A program made the position numbers and the translations under genes. Source: Oscillospiraceae bacterium (lineage in GTDB: Bacteria > Bacillota > Clostridia > Oscillospirales > CAG-272). Taken from it: a DNA stretch of 64,000 nt. Where the stretch lies: NCBI GenBank assembly GCA_015063645.1, contig SVTS01000003.1, forward strand, positions 6,422 to 70,421, written 5' to 3'. Under the pieces are notes generated by a model, which ran no database searches, was not told the DNA's origin, and saw nothing but the letters and a program-made list of their open reading frames with translations. This document shows, piece after piece, positions 55,538-64,000 of the stretch (the stretch's first letter is position 1; each line of letters begins with the position of its first letter).

Positions 55538-57269
55538 CGGCGAGGACCTCCTCTTTGCGGGGCAGATCCAGAAACCGTTCACACTCCGTGAAAAAGGAGG
55601 AATACACCAGATCCACCCCTTCCAGTGCGATTCGATCGTACAGCGCATCCAGACGTTCGGTGATTCCTCCGTCCCCGTCTTTGCGGCTCACCGCCAGATA
55701 ACGGAGAATAAAGCCCAATGCCATCCGCTGACCGTCGCTGACCAGCGCCCGCAGGCCACGGATATCCACCTGCTGATCACCGATGCAGATGAATCCCATT
55801 CCGGATACCGTCAGTTTTTCACTGCCGCTTCCCTCCGGATAGGAGGAATACCCCTCGCCGGGCAGATGTTTCCTCTGAGACCAATCCGCATCGGGAGCCG
55901 CATCCGTCCGGATGCCGTATTTGCCGCAGATCCGGTGCGCCTCCTCCGTTACATCGGAAATCCGGTATTCGTCCATACGGTACACCCGATCCGCGCAGGC
56001 AAGATATTCCCCGCTGCCGCCGATCACCAGAACAGAGGACACTCCCCGGCGCGCCGCCTCTCCCACACGATCTGTGAACGGCGTGATCGGCTCTCTTGCG
56101 ATCAGCTCTTTCATCATCCGGTCGCGGATCATGAAATTCGCCGCGCTGCGGTCTTCATCAAGCAGCAGAAGCCTGGCACCTGCCTCCACCGCTTCCATAA
56201 CATTTGCCGCCTGTGACGTGGATCCGGAGGCATGATCCGTGGAAAAATCCGCCGGATCACCGCCGGGGATCCAGCGGATAAACGGGGAGATATTTATCCG
56301 CCTCACGGCGCGTCCCTCTTCTGCGGAAACGGACACAGCACTCTCATCCGTGATGCACAATTCCCGACCGTCCCCACTGCAGTGATCGTATATCCCTGCG
56401 GCAATGGCATCCAGAAGCGTGGATTTTCCCGAATATCCGCCGCCGGTGATCACCGTAACGCCCCGTCGGATGCCCATTCCCCTCACACCGGCGATTTCTA
56501 TTTCATCCCGGGCTGTGGACTGAAACGAAAGTGCATCCCGCAGGGGACGCTGTGTCCCCTTTTCCCGCGGAAGGATACTGCCGTTGGCAATGAATGCGCA
56601 GTATTCGCTGTCCCGGAGCCATCGGCGGATCGCCGCCTGTTTTTCCGCCAGCGCAAGCGTTTTCTCCAGCGCAGTCGGATCAAATTGCATCATGAACATC
56701 TCCACCGCCTCCGGCAGATCCCGGCAGAGCATCTGCACCGCTTTCCGCAGTTTGCGCCGGGGCAGCTGTACCTGTATCCGCAGGCACAGGCACATCGCCG
56801 GCGGCGGTGGATTTTCCATCAGATATACGGTACTGCCGCCGCCGTTTATGTAATCCTTCTGCGGGCGCAGAGCAAAATACGCCGTATTGCGCACAAGAAT
56901 TTCCCCGCCCGGACGTGCAAGATAATACCTGCCGTTTTCGCTGTCCGGTCGGCTGCGGTTATACAGTCCGGCATTCAGCGCATCAATATACGGCGCGAAC
57001 ACGCGCAGGCAATGATCTGCCGCGGCGGCTGTGTACGTCTGTATTCCCAACATCTCCGCGGGAATGCGGATCTCCACACTCGGCTTATCCTGCGCCAGTT
57101 TGTGTGTGCCGCTGATAAAGAATCCGACCGCATCGCTGTAGTATGTGGGATCGTTATCCGCATAGTCCGGTCCGCTGAGCGGAATCACGCCCATGCTGCC
57201 ATCGTACATGGCGGTGTAGGTCACCGTGTCCGAATCCATGGCAAGAAGCTTACTTTTCAACCGTTTCAT
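55518..57269 (-). CDS. ABC_ATPase (PF09818-type, MRB1590-like) P-loop ATPase with divergent N-terminus
   Basis: FIANGSILPR, GGGYSGKST, AEEGR, ASGSTSQAA, LLDED.SA.NFMIRD, EPITPF and GGSGEY motifs; GGAGG RBS. Confidence 0.88.
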   Translation of the reverse strand: MKRLKSKLLAMDSDTVTYTAMYDGSMGVIPLSGPDYADNDPTYYSDAVGFFISGTHKLAQDKPSVEIRIPAEMLGIQTYTAAAADHCLRVFAPYIDALNAGLYNRSRPDSENGRYYLARPGGEILVRNTAYFALRPQKDYINGGGSTVYLMENPPPPAMCLCLRIQVQLPRRKLRKAVQMLCRDLPEAVEMFMMQFDPTALEKTLALAEKQAAIRRWLRDSEYCAFIANGSILPREKGTQRPLRDALSFQSTARDEIEIAGVRGMGIRRGVTVITGGGYSGKSTLLDAIAAGIYDHCSGDGRELCITDESAVSVSAEEGRAVRRINISPFIRWIPGGDPADFSTDHASGSTSQAANVMEAVEAGARLLLLDEDRSAANFMIRDRMMKELIAREPITPFTDRVGEAARRGVSSVLVIGGSGEYLACADRVYRMDEYRISDVTEEAHRICGKYGIRTDAAPDADWSQRKHLPGEGYSSYPEGSGSEKLTVSGMGFICIGDQQVDIRGLRALVSDGQRMALGFILRYLAVSRKDGDGGITERLDALYDRIALEGVDLVYSSFFTECERFLDLPRKEEVLAVIRRMR

Positions 57270-57316
57270 ATGAGAATCACCTCCAAAAATTTGCCGGGAT
57301 TGGCTCATATGTCCCG

Positions 57317-57348
57317 AAAAAGAAAAAGCGCATCCGTATCGGATGCGC
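57317..57348 (-). terminator. Leader (attenuator) intrinsic terminator upstream of the ATPase
   Basis: GCGCATCCG-ATA-CGGATGCGC-TTTTTCTTTTT, between the promoter and the ATPase start. Confidence 0.85.
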
Positions 57349-57365
57349 AGTGAAAACATTGCCGC

Positions 57366-57416
57366 TCAAACAGACCGGGCGGCGGTCATGACATCCGGAA
57401 CATATGAGTATATCAT
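57366..57416 (-). CDS. Leader peptide uORF MIYSYVPDVMTAARSV
   Basis: AAAGGAGG RBS 7 nt before ATG; 16 codons plus TGA; too short for the ORF track. Confidence 0.7.
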   Translation of the reverse strand: MIYSYVPDVMTAARSV

Positions 57417-57447
57417 GGAATCGCCTCCTTTGGTGTTTGTTTTATTC

Positions 57448-57476
57448 AGTATAGCAGATTCTCTGGCTCCGGTCAA
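57448..57476 (-). promoter_or_regulatory. sigmaA promoter of the uORF-ATPase transcript
   Basis: TTGACC, 17 bp spacer, TATACT with extended -10 TG. Confidence 0.75.
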
Positions 57477-57510
57477 CGCAGAGATTGATTAGAATAAATC
57501 TCTACAGCGG

Positions 57511-57542
57511 AAAAGGGAACTTTCAAACGAAAGTTCCCTTTT
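57511..57542 (-). terminator. Terminator after the large SLH protein
   Basis: AAAAGGGAACTTTC/GAAAGTTCCCTTTT 14-bp stem. Confidence 0.8.
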
Positions 57543-57550
57543 AATCTCAT

Positions 57551-60500
57551 TTAAGCGGCAATCATGGGATAAACCATGACTGCGATCAGCCAGCGCAGAG
57601 CATCTGCGTTGGGATTCAACTTACCGTCTGCTACGGGGAGAATCTCGTTCTCTGCGAAGTAAACAACTGCTTCCAGAGCCCAGTCACTCACATCCTTGAT
57701 GTCCGCATAATCAGCGTTCTTCCAGCTGTCATCTTCGTATCCGCCGCCGTTCAGCTTGACCCAGCGGTAGATTACGGTGCACAGTTCCTCCACAGTAATG
57801 TTGTCATCAACGTAGAAGTTCTTAACACCGTCACCTTCCATGATGCCGAGTTCGTATGCCCATGCAACTGCGGGTGCGTAGTATGCATCCTCTGCAACGT
57901 CCTCGAAATCCATATCGGTGTAGATAGAGGGTTCGCCTGCAGCTCTCCACAGAACGGTTACCAGCTGTGCACGGGTAAGCGTCTCTTCTGCGCCGAAGTT
58001 TACTCCGTCACCGTTCATGATTCCCCTGTAGTAGAGATCCAGAACGATGTCGTAGTAAGCTGCTTCACCTGCCAGGTCTGCGTAAGGGTTAACGCGCTCG
58101 GTTACGATTTCAACCTTCTGATCCTTGCGTACGTTCTTGAGGGTGAATTCGGTAACTGCGCCGATGGACTTGCCGTTTACGATTACGTCGGTTACTACGT
58201 AGCCATCTTCAAGCTCAATGGTGTAGTCCTGAGACTTATTGAACTTGATCTGAGCAGCGCCGTCAGTGGTGAGCGTTGCACCTGCGCCTACGGTTGCTTC
58301 CACGTCATACTTCTGAGAGTTCATCAGTGCCAGAAGCATCAGAAGCTGCTGGTAGTCGACGGTATCGGTATCAGCGGGCTCCTCGGAAATAGAGTTTTCA
58401 GTCCACTGGGCGTAGAGCGTTACATCGGACCCGCCAGGAACGGTAATTCTGTCACCGGGCTGATAAGAAGTGCCGCTGCCGTCAGCCGCAGTGTTCCATC
58501 CTGCAAATCCGTATCCTTCGGGAGCAGTGAAGCCGTTTTCATCAATCAAAAGACCTGCAGCACCGCCTTTACTTCTCATTGTACCGCTGCCGCCGTTCGC
58601 GTTATAATGAATTCCGCCGTAAGTCACAAACCACTTTGCGTAAAGAGTCAGATTGGAGTTAACGGTAAATTTCGTATACTGCGTTCCGGTACCGTCTTCA
58701 TTCTCATACCAACCGTCAAAAGCATAGCCAACGCGAGTAGGACGGTATTTATATGTGTTCGTGTCAATATCAATCACATCGAGATTGAGAACAGTGCCGG
58801 CTGTTACGGTGACAGGAGCAATAGCAGAGCCGCCGTTGGATTCAAACGTCACAGTGTAGGATTTAGGAATTTCAGTCCACTTGGCGTAGACAGTCTCGTC
58901 ACCAGAAACCGTAAGGGAACCGATATACTTATCGCTTTGAGTATACCAGCCATCAAATGTGTAACCTTCGCGAGTGGGGATATATTTTTTATCCGCACTG
59001 TCTACACGGAGAACAAGCACTGTACCCTCAACAAAACGCTCAGGATCGATACGAGAGCCGCCGTTGGTTTCAAAGGTTATAGTGCAGTATACGGGATTCT
59101 TAGTCCACTTGGCGTAAAGCGTGAGATTCTGTGTAACGGCAGTGTCGAAATCGTACGCCTCTATCAGCTGGTTAATATTCTCACCCTTGGTATCCCAGCC
59201 GATAAATGTGTATCCCTCGCGGGTGGGCGCAGGGGAAGGAACTGTCACAGTCTCCCCCGAAAGAACAGTTACCTGTTCGGATTTACCTTCGTAATAATTA
59301 AAGGTTACGGTATATAGGGGAGTCCACTTGGCGAAGAGCGTAGTATTCTTGGTAACAGGCTTCTCAAAATCGTATTCCTTATCCAACTGGTTCGGATTTT
59401 TCGAATCAGTATCCCAGCCGAGGAATTTGTAGCCGTCACGGGTGGGAGCAGGTATAGGCGCAGCTACCTTTTCACCTGAGAGAACCTTTTCCTCAGCGAA
59501 AATAACACCGCCATTTTGGAATTTCACGGTATATATAGGAGCCCACTTTGCGTAAAGCGTGAGTTTCTTGGTAACAGGCTGCTCGAAATTGTATTCCTCA
59601 TCCAACGCGTTCTGATTAGCCGAATCAGTATCCCAACCGAGGAATTTGTAGCCATCACGGGTGGGGTCAGCAGGTTTAGTTACCTTTGCACCTGAGAGAA
59701 CGGTTTCTTCATGGAACACAGCACCGCCATTCTGGAATTTTACGGTGTAGGATTTAGGAATCTCAGTCCATTTGGCGTAGACAGTTTCGTCTCCACTCAC
59801 TGTGATAGAGCCGATCAGCGAATTGGGATCAAGATTTTCTTTTGAATACCAGCCATCAAATGTGTAACCTTCGCGAGTGGGGATATATTTTTTATCCGCA
59901 CTGTCTACACGGAGAACAAGCACTGTACCCTCAACAAAACGCTCGGAAGCGATAGGAGAACCGTCGTTGGTTTCAAAGGTTATAGTGTAGTACTCACCAA
60001 CTACAAACCGATCGCCGATCTGTGTTCCAGAATAATCATCTGTGATCCACTCGGGCTTGATTGCAGCGGAATAAGAACCTGCGCTTACCTGAATATTGGT
60101 TGTTCCGGTAGGTTCAACAGGAGCATTGTTTCCATCCACATCAGCTTTGCTGGCAACTATACATCCGTAGTTGCCAGTGGCCGTCATGGAAACACCGTCG
60201 CCGCTGATCTCAAGATCATAGCTGGCATTCGTATTTGTTCCAGTTCCAGCATCAGCATTTCTCACCAGAATGGGAAGCCATGCGGTAATCTCAACGCCAT
60301 CGCCAATAACAAGACTACCCTTGTTATTACCGTCTGCACGGATACCGTAGCCGTCAGTACCGACAGCAGTGATCTGCGTATCGGTAACCGTAACATTTTC
60401 GGAACTTCTCAGGCTGATACCGTTTTTACAGTCCGTTACTGTACAGCCACTTATCTCTACACCGGTAGTAGGATAGAGCTGCATAAGACTGTGCATACCC

Positions 60501-61960
60501 GTTGCGGTACAACCGGTAACAGTCAGATTCTTACAGCCGCCGGTATAGGACTTAATTCCTGCTGCCGAACGGTCATTATCCGTGAAAGTACAGCTTTCCA
60601 CCGTCACATTGTTTGTATAACGGGTCGCATTTGTGCCGTCACCCAGACGAACACACGCATCCTTTGTGATTGCGGTGGCATCAAAGTTGAAATTCCGGAT
60701 AGTAACACCGGCGGTAGCATATGCCTGACTTCTGCCGTCAACGGTGATCGTGCCCTTGAAAGTCTTATTTGCACCGTCGATGGTGAATTTCACGTTTTCC
60801 TTCTGAACAACGGTCACATCTTCGGCGAGGTCATCAGCCAGCAGGATAACAACATCTCCGTTCTGTGCTGCGTCAAGTGCAGCCTGGAGAGTCGAAAAAT
60901 TCTGCGTACCGATCGTTGCGACAGGTGTCGGAACAGTTACGTTATCAGCCTGTACCTCCTCGCCCAGCACCAGCGTTGCACCTGCGGGAAGTTCAACTGT
61001 CTCTTCTGTGGAGTACAGCAGAGTAACTTTACTTGCCGTACCACCAACTTCTTCCGCCGCCTTGGTGATCGTTGTATAAACCTCACCGTCCACTACAACA
61101 CCGCAGGGGTTGTTGCTGTTACTGCGGTCAGTCATTTTCAGAGAACTGGTAATATCATTGCCGTCAGCATCTTCTACTACCAAAGGAATACCGTTGCAAT
61201 CTGCATCAGAACCGGAATCCAGTTCAATATGTGCGGTAGAATTATTATAGGTATTGCCAATAAGGGAAACGCTTGCCGCATAGCCGATAGCAACGGCAGG
61301 CTTTGCAGTAACATTTTCTGTAAAAGTAGCATTCTGAACAGTCAAGGTGCTGGTGACAGACTCTTCACCCTCAGAATATACCTTGATACCTTTCGCACTG
61401 TCAACAGTACCGCCGTTTACGGTGACAAGAGCATCATCGTAAACCCACAGACCGTATTCACCCGCAGTATGCTCAAATGTACAGCCATTGAATACAGCAG
61501 TGCCGGTGTTGGCACAGGCACCGTTGAGGAATTTACAATTGGTATAGGTAACCTCACCGCCCTGAATGGAGAAGTAATTCCCCATATGACCGGAGTTAGC
61601 AGCCCATCCAAGATTCGCTTTATCAAGGATCAGATCCGTGAAAGTTACTGCTTTGCTGCATTCCACATACTGAGCCCAAGCCGCCGACTTATTGACGGTG
61701 ATTTTCGCACTGTCTGCTTTACCGACAAAAGCGATAGAGGTATACGCGCCGTTCAGTGCCATACCGTCGTTGAACTCAGCCTCACCGTAAATCTCTACGG
61801 TGACATCACCCGTCATGGAATTGGCTGCTGTGAGTGCATCGCTGAGGGTGGTAAAGGTTTCATCACCTATTTTGGCAACGTATTCACCCTCCGCAAAGCT
61901 GAACGGCACCATCGCCAGCACCATACAAACAGCCAGCAGACTTGCAAGAATTTTCTTCAT
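57551..61960 (-). CDS. Large surface protein: beta-helix adhesin-like region, InlB B-repeats (Flg_new), C-terminal SLH domains
   Basis: Signal peptide; F.TL..AL motifs; about seven Y.V.F...P.R.GY.F.GW...LYAKW repeats; LTRAQ and ITVEE SLH motifs. Confidence 0.9.
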   Translation of the reverse strand: MKKILASLLAVCMVLAMVPFSFAEGEYVAKIGDETFTTLSDALTAANSMTGDVTVEIYGEAEFNDGMALNGAYTSIAFVGKADSAKITVNKSAAWAQYVECSKAVTFTDLILDKANLGWAANSGHMGNYFSIQGGEVTYTNCKFLNGACANTGTAVFNGCTFEHTAGEYGLWVYDDALVTVNGGTVDSAKGIKVYSEGEESVTSTLTVQNATFTENVTAKPAVAIGYAASVSLIGNTYNNSTAHIELDSGSDADCNGIPLVVEDADGNDITSSLKMTDRSNSNNPCGVVVDGEVYTTITKAAEEVGGTASKVTLLYSTEETVELPAGATLVLGEEVQADNVTVPTPVATIGTQNFSTLQAALDAAQNGDVVILLADDLAEDVTVVQKENVKFTIDGANKTFKGTITVDGRSQAYATAGVTIRNFNFDATAITKDACVRLGDGTNATRYTNNVTVESCTFTDNDRSAAGIKSYTGGCKNLTVTGCTATGMHSLMQLYPTTGVEISGCTVTDCKNGISLRSSENVTVTDTQITAVGTDGYGIRADGNNKGSLVIGDGVEITAWLPILVRNADAGTGTNTNASYDLEISGDGVSMTATGNYGCIVASKADVDGNNAPVEPTGTTNIQVSAGSYSAAIKPEWITDDYSGTQIGDRFVVGEYYTITFETNDGSPIASERFVEGTVLVLRVDSADKKYIPTREGYTFDGWYSKENLDPNSLIGSITVSGDETVYAKWTEIPKSYTVKFQNGGAVFHEETVLSGAKVTKPADPTRDGYKFLGWDTDSANQNALDEEYNFEQPVTKKLTLYAKWAPIYTVKFQNGGVIFAEEKVLSGEKVAAPIPAPTRDGYKFLGWDTDSKNPNQLDKEYDFEKPVTKNTTLFAKWTPLYTVTFNYYEGKSEQVTVLSGETVTVPSPAPTREGYTFIGWDTKGENINQLIEAYDFDTAVTQNLTLYAKWTKNPVYCTITFETNGGSRIDPERFVEGTVLVLRVDSADKKYIPTREGYTFDGWYTQSDKYIGSLTVSGDETVYAKWTEIPKSYTVTFESNGGSAIAPVTVTAGTVLNLDVIDIDTNTYKYRPTRVGYAFDGWYENEDGTGTQYTKFTVNSNLTLYAKWFVTYGGIHYNANGGSGTMRSKGGAAGLLIDENGFTAPEGYGFAGWNTAADGSGTSYQPGDRITVPGGSDVTLYAQWTENSISEEPADTDTVDYQQLLMLLALMNSQKYDVEATVGAGATLTTDGAAQIKFNKSQDYTIELEDGYVVTDVIVNGKSIGAVTEFTLKNVRKDQKVEIVTERVNPYADLAGEAAYYDIVLDLYYRGIMNGDGVNFGAEETLTRAQLVTVLWRAAGEPSIYTDMDFEDVAEDAYYAPAVAWAYELGIMEGDGVKNFYVDDNITVEELCTVIYRWVKLNGGGYEDDSWKNADYADIKDVSDWALEAVVYFAENEILPVADGKLNPNADALRWLIAVMVYPMIAA
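58943..59944. repeat. Exact 99-bp direct repeat (58943-59041 and 59846-59944) within the B-repeat array
   Basis: Both copies encode ERFVEGTVLVLRVDSADKKYIPTREGYTFDGWY and read identical base by base. Confidence 0.85.
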
Positions 61961-62021
61961 TGCGTTTTTTCTCCTGTAAAATAATTTGTCAAGCACGCCA
62001 GAATACAACATGCCTGTTTAT

Positions 62022-62050
62022 ATGATAGCACAACACAAATTAATTTTCAA
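62022..62050 (-). promoter_or_regulatory. sigmaA promoter for the surface protein gene
   Basis: TTGAAA, 17 bp spacer, TATCAT with extended -10 TG. Confidence 0.55.
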
Positions 62051-62141
62051 CAGGTTTGCCGTTTTTTCATAGTATTTTCTCGCAAAATATCGCATTATTT
62101 CCGCACAGACGCATTATTTCAGCCGCGCATACCATCCGATG

Positions 62142-62170
62142 TTGACAAGCGGTATTTTTTGGATTATAAT
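62142..62170 (+). promoter_or_regulatory. Consensus sigmaA promoter for uxaB
   Basis: TTGACA, 17 bp spacer, TATAAT. Confidence 0.8.
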
Positions 62171-62204
62171 AAAGGTATACTTTTTTACAGAAACGGAGAT
62201 TCAC

Positions 62205-63665
62205 ATGAAAACCATTCTTGATCTGGGCATCCGGAAACCACAGAGACCCGTTCGTGTTGTACAGTTCGGCGAGGGCAATTTCCTGCGCGCTTTCGTCGAC
62301 TGGATGATTGACATAGTCAATGAAAAATCTGATTTCAACGGCAGCATTGCCATTGTCAAGCCGATTTCTTTCGGTTCTCTGGACAGATTTGCCCGTCAGG
62401 ACTGTCTGTACACGGTCATTCTGCGCGGTCAGGAGAACGGTACGGTGGTGAACACCAGCCGCGTGATCACCAGTGTGGACCGTGCGGTGGACGGTGCGGA
62501 CACATGGGACAATCTGGCTGAGCTGGCTGCTTGTCCGACAGTCCGTTTTATTGTCTCCAACACCACCGAAGCGGGCATTGTTCTGGACGAAGCTGACCGC
62601 ATGGACGGCGTTCCCGCCACCTATCCGGGCAAGCTGACAAAATTCCTCTATGATCGTTACACGGCATTTGGCGGCACGGCAGAGTCCGGTGTAATCATCC
62701 TGCCGGTAGAGCTGATCGAAAACAACGGCGGCAAGCTGAAGGAATGCGTATTCCGTCTGGCGGAAATCTGGGGACTTTCCGCGGAATTCATCAGCTGGCT
62801 CAAAGAGAACTGCATATTCTGCAGCACGCTGGTTGACCGCATTGTCACCGGCTATCCCGCTGACGAGGCACCTGCGCTCTGCGAAAAGCTGGGCTATCAG
62901 GATGAACTTCTGGACGTCGGCGAGCCTTTCGGTCTGTGGGTCATTGAAAGCGAGAAGGACATCAGCGCAGAGTTGCCGCTGGCGAAAGTCGGTCTGCCGG
63001 TGGTATTCACCGACAATCAGAAGCCGTACCGGGAGCGCAAAGTACGTATCCTCAACGGTGCGCACACGTCCTCTGTACTGGCGGCATGGCTCTGCGGCAT
63101 AAACATTGTCCGCGACATGATGAACGATCCGGTATGCGGAAAATTTGTCCGCCGCGCGGTCTGTGAGGAGATCGCTCCCCACGTCCCGCTGGAGAAATCC
63201 GACGTGGATGCATTCGCCGCAGCCGTATTTGAGCGTTTTGAGAATCCTTTCATCGATCATGCCCTTCTGGCTATCTCGCTGAACTCCGTTTCCAAGTGGA
63301 AATCCCGCGTACTTCCCTCCCTGAGGGATTATCTGGCAGCCAACGGAAAGCTGCCCCGCCTGCTGACGTTCTCCTTTGCGGCGCTGCTGGCATTCTATTC
63401 TTCCAGCGATCTGCGTGAGGATGCGCTTTGCGCCCGCCGCGGTGACGGGACGGAATACTTGATCCGCGACGACCGTCCGGTTCTGGAATTCTTCGCGAAG
63501 AACAGCGGTCTGCCCGCCGCAGAGTTTGTGGATGCCGCCGCAGGCAACGTGGATTTCTGGGGCGAGGATCTGCGGAAGCTCGCCGGCTTCACCGACGCTG
63601 TCACAGCTGACTTGGAGGCAATCCGCCGGAATGCCGCCGCAGCTGTTGCCGAAACACTGAAATAA
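62205..63665 (+). CDS. uxaB: Tagaturonate (altronate) oxidoreductase
   Basis: QFGEGNFLRAF, SNTTEAGI, TLVDRIVTG, KVRILNGAH and RFENPF motifs. Confidence 0.95.
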   Translation: MKTILDLGIRKPQRPVRVVQFGEGNFLRAFVDWMIDIVNEKSDFNGSIAIVKPISFGSLDRFARQDCLYTVILRGQENGTVVNTSRVITSVDRAVDGADTWDNLAELAACPTVRFIVSNTTEAGIVLDEADRMDGVPATYPGKLTKFLYDRYTAFGGTAESGVIILPVELIENNGGKLKECVFRLAEIWGLSAEFISWLKENCIFCSTLVDRIVTGYPADEAPALCEKLGYQDELLDVGEPFGLWVIESEKDISAELPLAKVGLPVVFTDNQKPYRERKVRILNGAHTSSVLAAWLCGINIVRDMMNDPVCGKFVRRAVCEEIAPHVPLEKSDVDAFAAAVFERFENPFIDHALLAISLNSVSKWKSRVLPSLRDYLAANGKLPRLLTFSFAALLAFYSSSDLREDALCARRGDGTEYLIRDDRPVLEFFAKNSGLPAAEFVDAAAGNVDFWGEDLRKLAGFTDAVTADLEAIRRNAAAAVAETLK

Positions 63666-63671
63666 AAAATA

Positions 63672-63705
63672 ATGGGGGGAACCTTTTCAAAAAGGCTTCC
63701 CCCAT
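63672..63705. repeat. REP-like palindrome/terminator (diverged copy C)
   Basis: ATGGGGGGAACCTTTT-C-AAAAAGGCTTCCCCCAT, directly after the uxaB stop. Confidence 0.55.
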
Positions 63706-63722
63706 GTGTATCTCTCATTATT

Positions 63723-64000
63723 TTACGGATTACATGTTCCGCAGGGTTTATAGCCGCTTTCAATCAGCGCATTCCGGGATTCGGAAGTGTTTTCCCGGTT
63801 CGCTTCCTTCATCTGCGTCACTCCGCCGCAGGTGGGAAGGTGGAATTTCCCTGAACTTTTATTGATCACATAAGTGTACGCTGTGCTTTCTCCGGACGGA
63901 TGCGAATCAGTATGCACGGCGGCGGCTGTTTCGGGAGTATGCACGGAAATCTCCGCGGGGGAAAAACGGGCGCAGGCGCTCAGAGTCATGCAGATAAGCA
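63723..64000 (-). CDS. Small lipoprotein with Ada-like Zn-binding C-terminal domain, 5' partial
   Basis: Frame is open to the window end (..LICMTLSAC lipobox); YVIN..SGKFH.P.C...GYKPCGTCNP. Confidence 0.75.
   Translation of the reverse strand, partial: LICMTLSACARFSPAEISVHTPETAAAVHTDSHPSGESTAYTYVINKSSGKFHLPTCGGVTQMKEANRENTSESRNALIESGYKPCGTCNP

Noticed and set aside
57270-57359. ORF-track start of the ATPase at 57359
   Set aside because: It has no RBS and would read through the terminator; GGAGG precedes ATG 57269. Reinitiation after the uORF cannot be fully excluded.
1-64000. CRISPR array, tRNA/rRNA, IS or prophage genes
   Set aside because: No regularly spaced repeats, cloverleaf signatures, transposase, integrase or phage motifs were recognised by eye.

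Overview
Chromosomal region of a moderately high-GC, spore-forming Clostridia-type bacterium (inferred from gpr-spoIIP, SLH proteins, a TIGR03960/TIGR03936 radical SAM fusion and the gene order). It holds about 52 CDS, mostly housekeeping: rbfA-nrnA-truB, proBA, zapA-U32-dut-maf-mreBCD-mrdA, rlmB, hom, coaW and uxaB. There are also two large SLH surface proteins and several small accessory genes. I saw no rRNA, tRNA, CRISPR array, transposase, integrase or reverse transcriptase. The strongest candidate for an undescribed system is a leader-peptide attenuator at 57260-57503 (minus strand). It runs sigmaA promoter, 16-codon uORF with a strong RBS, intrinsic terminator, then an RBS-sequestering hairpin, with mutually exclusive pairings, and it precedes an uncharacterised ABC_ATPase-family gene. 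This layout resembles ribosome-sensing leaders of antibiotic- or translation-stress genes. Other candidates are a degenerate P1B-type pseudo-ATPase, a multi-hairpin leader RNA upstream of a CxxC-x17-CxxC zinc-ribbon gene, a REP-like palindrome family, an SLH protein with eight unnamed ~100-aa repeats and a steep GC gradient, and a BlaI/M56-M23 module with twin operators. All calls rest on motif recognition by eye; no searches or folding programs were run.
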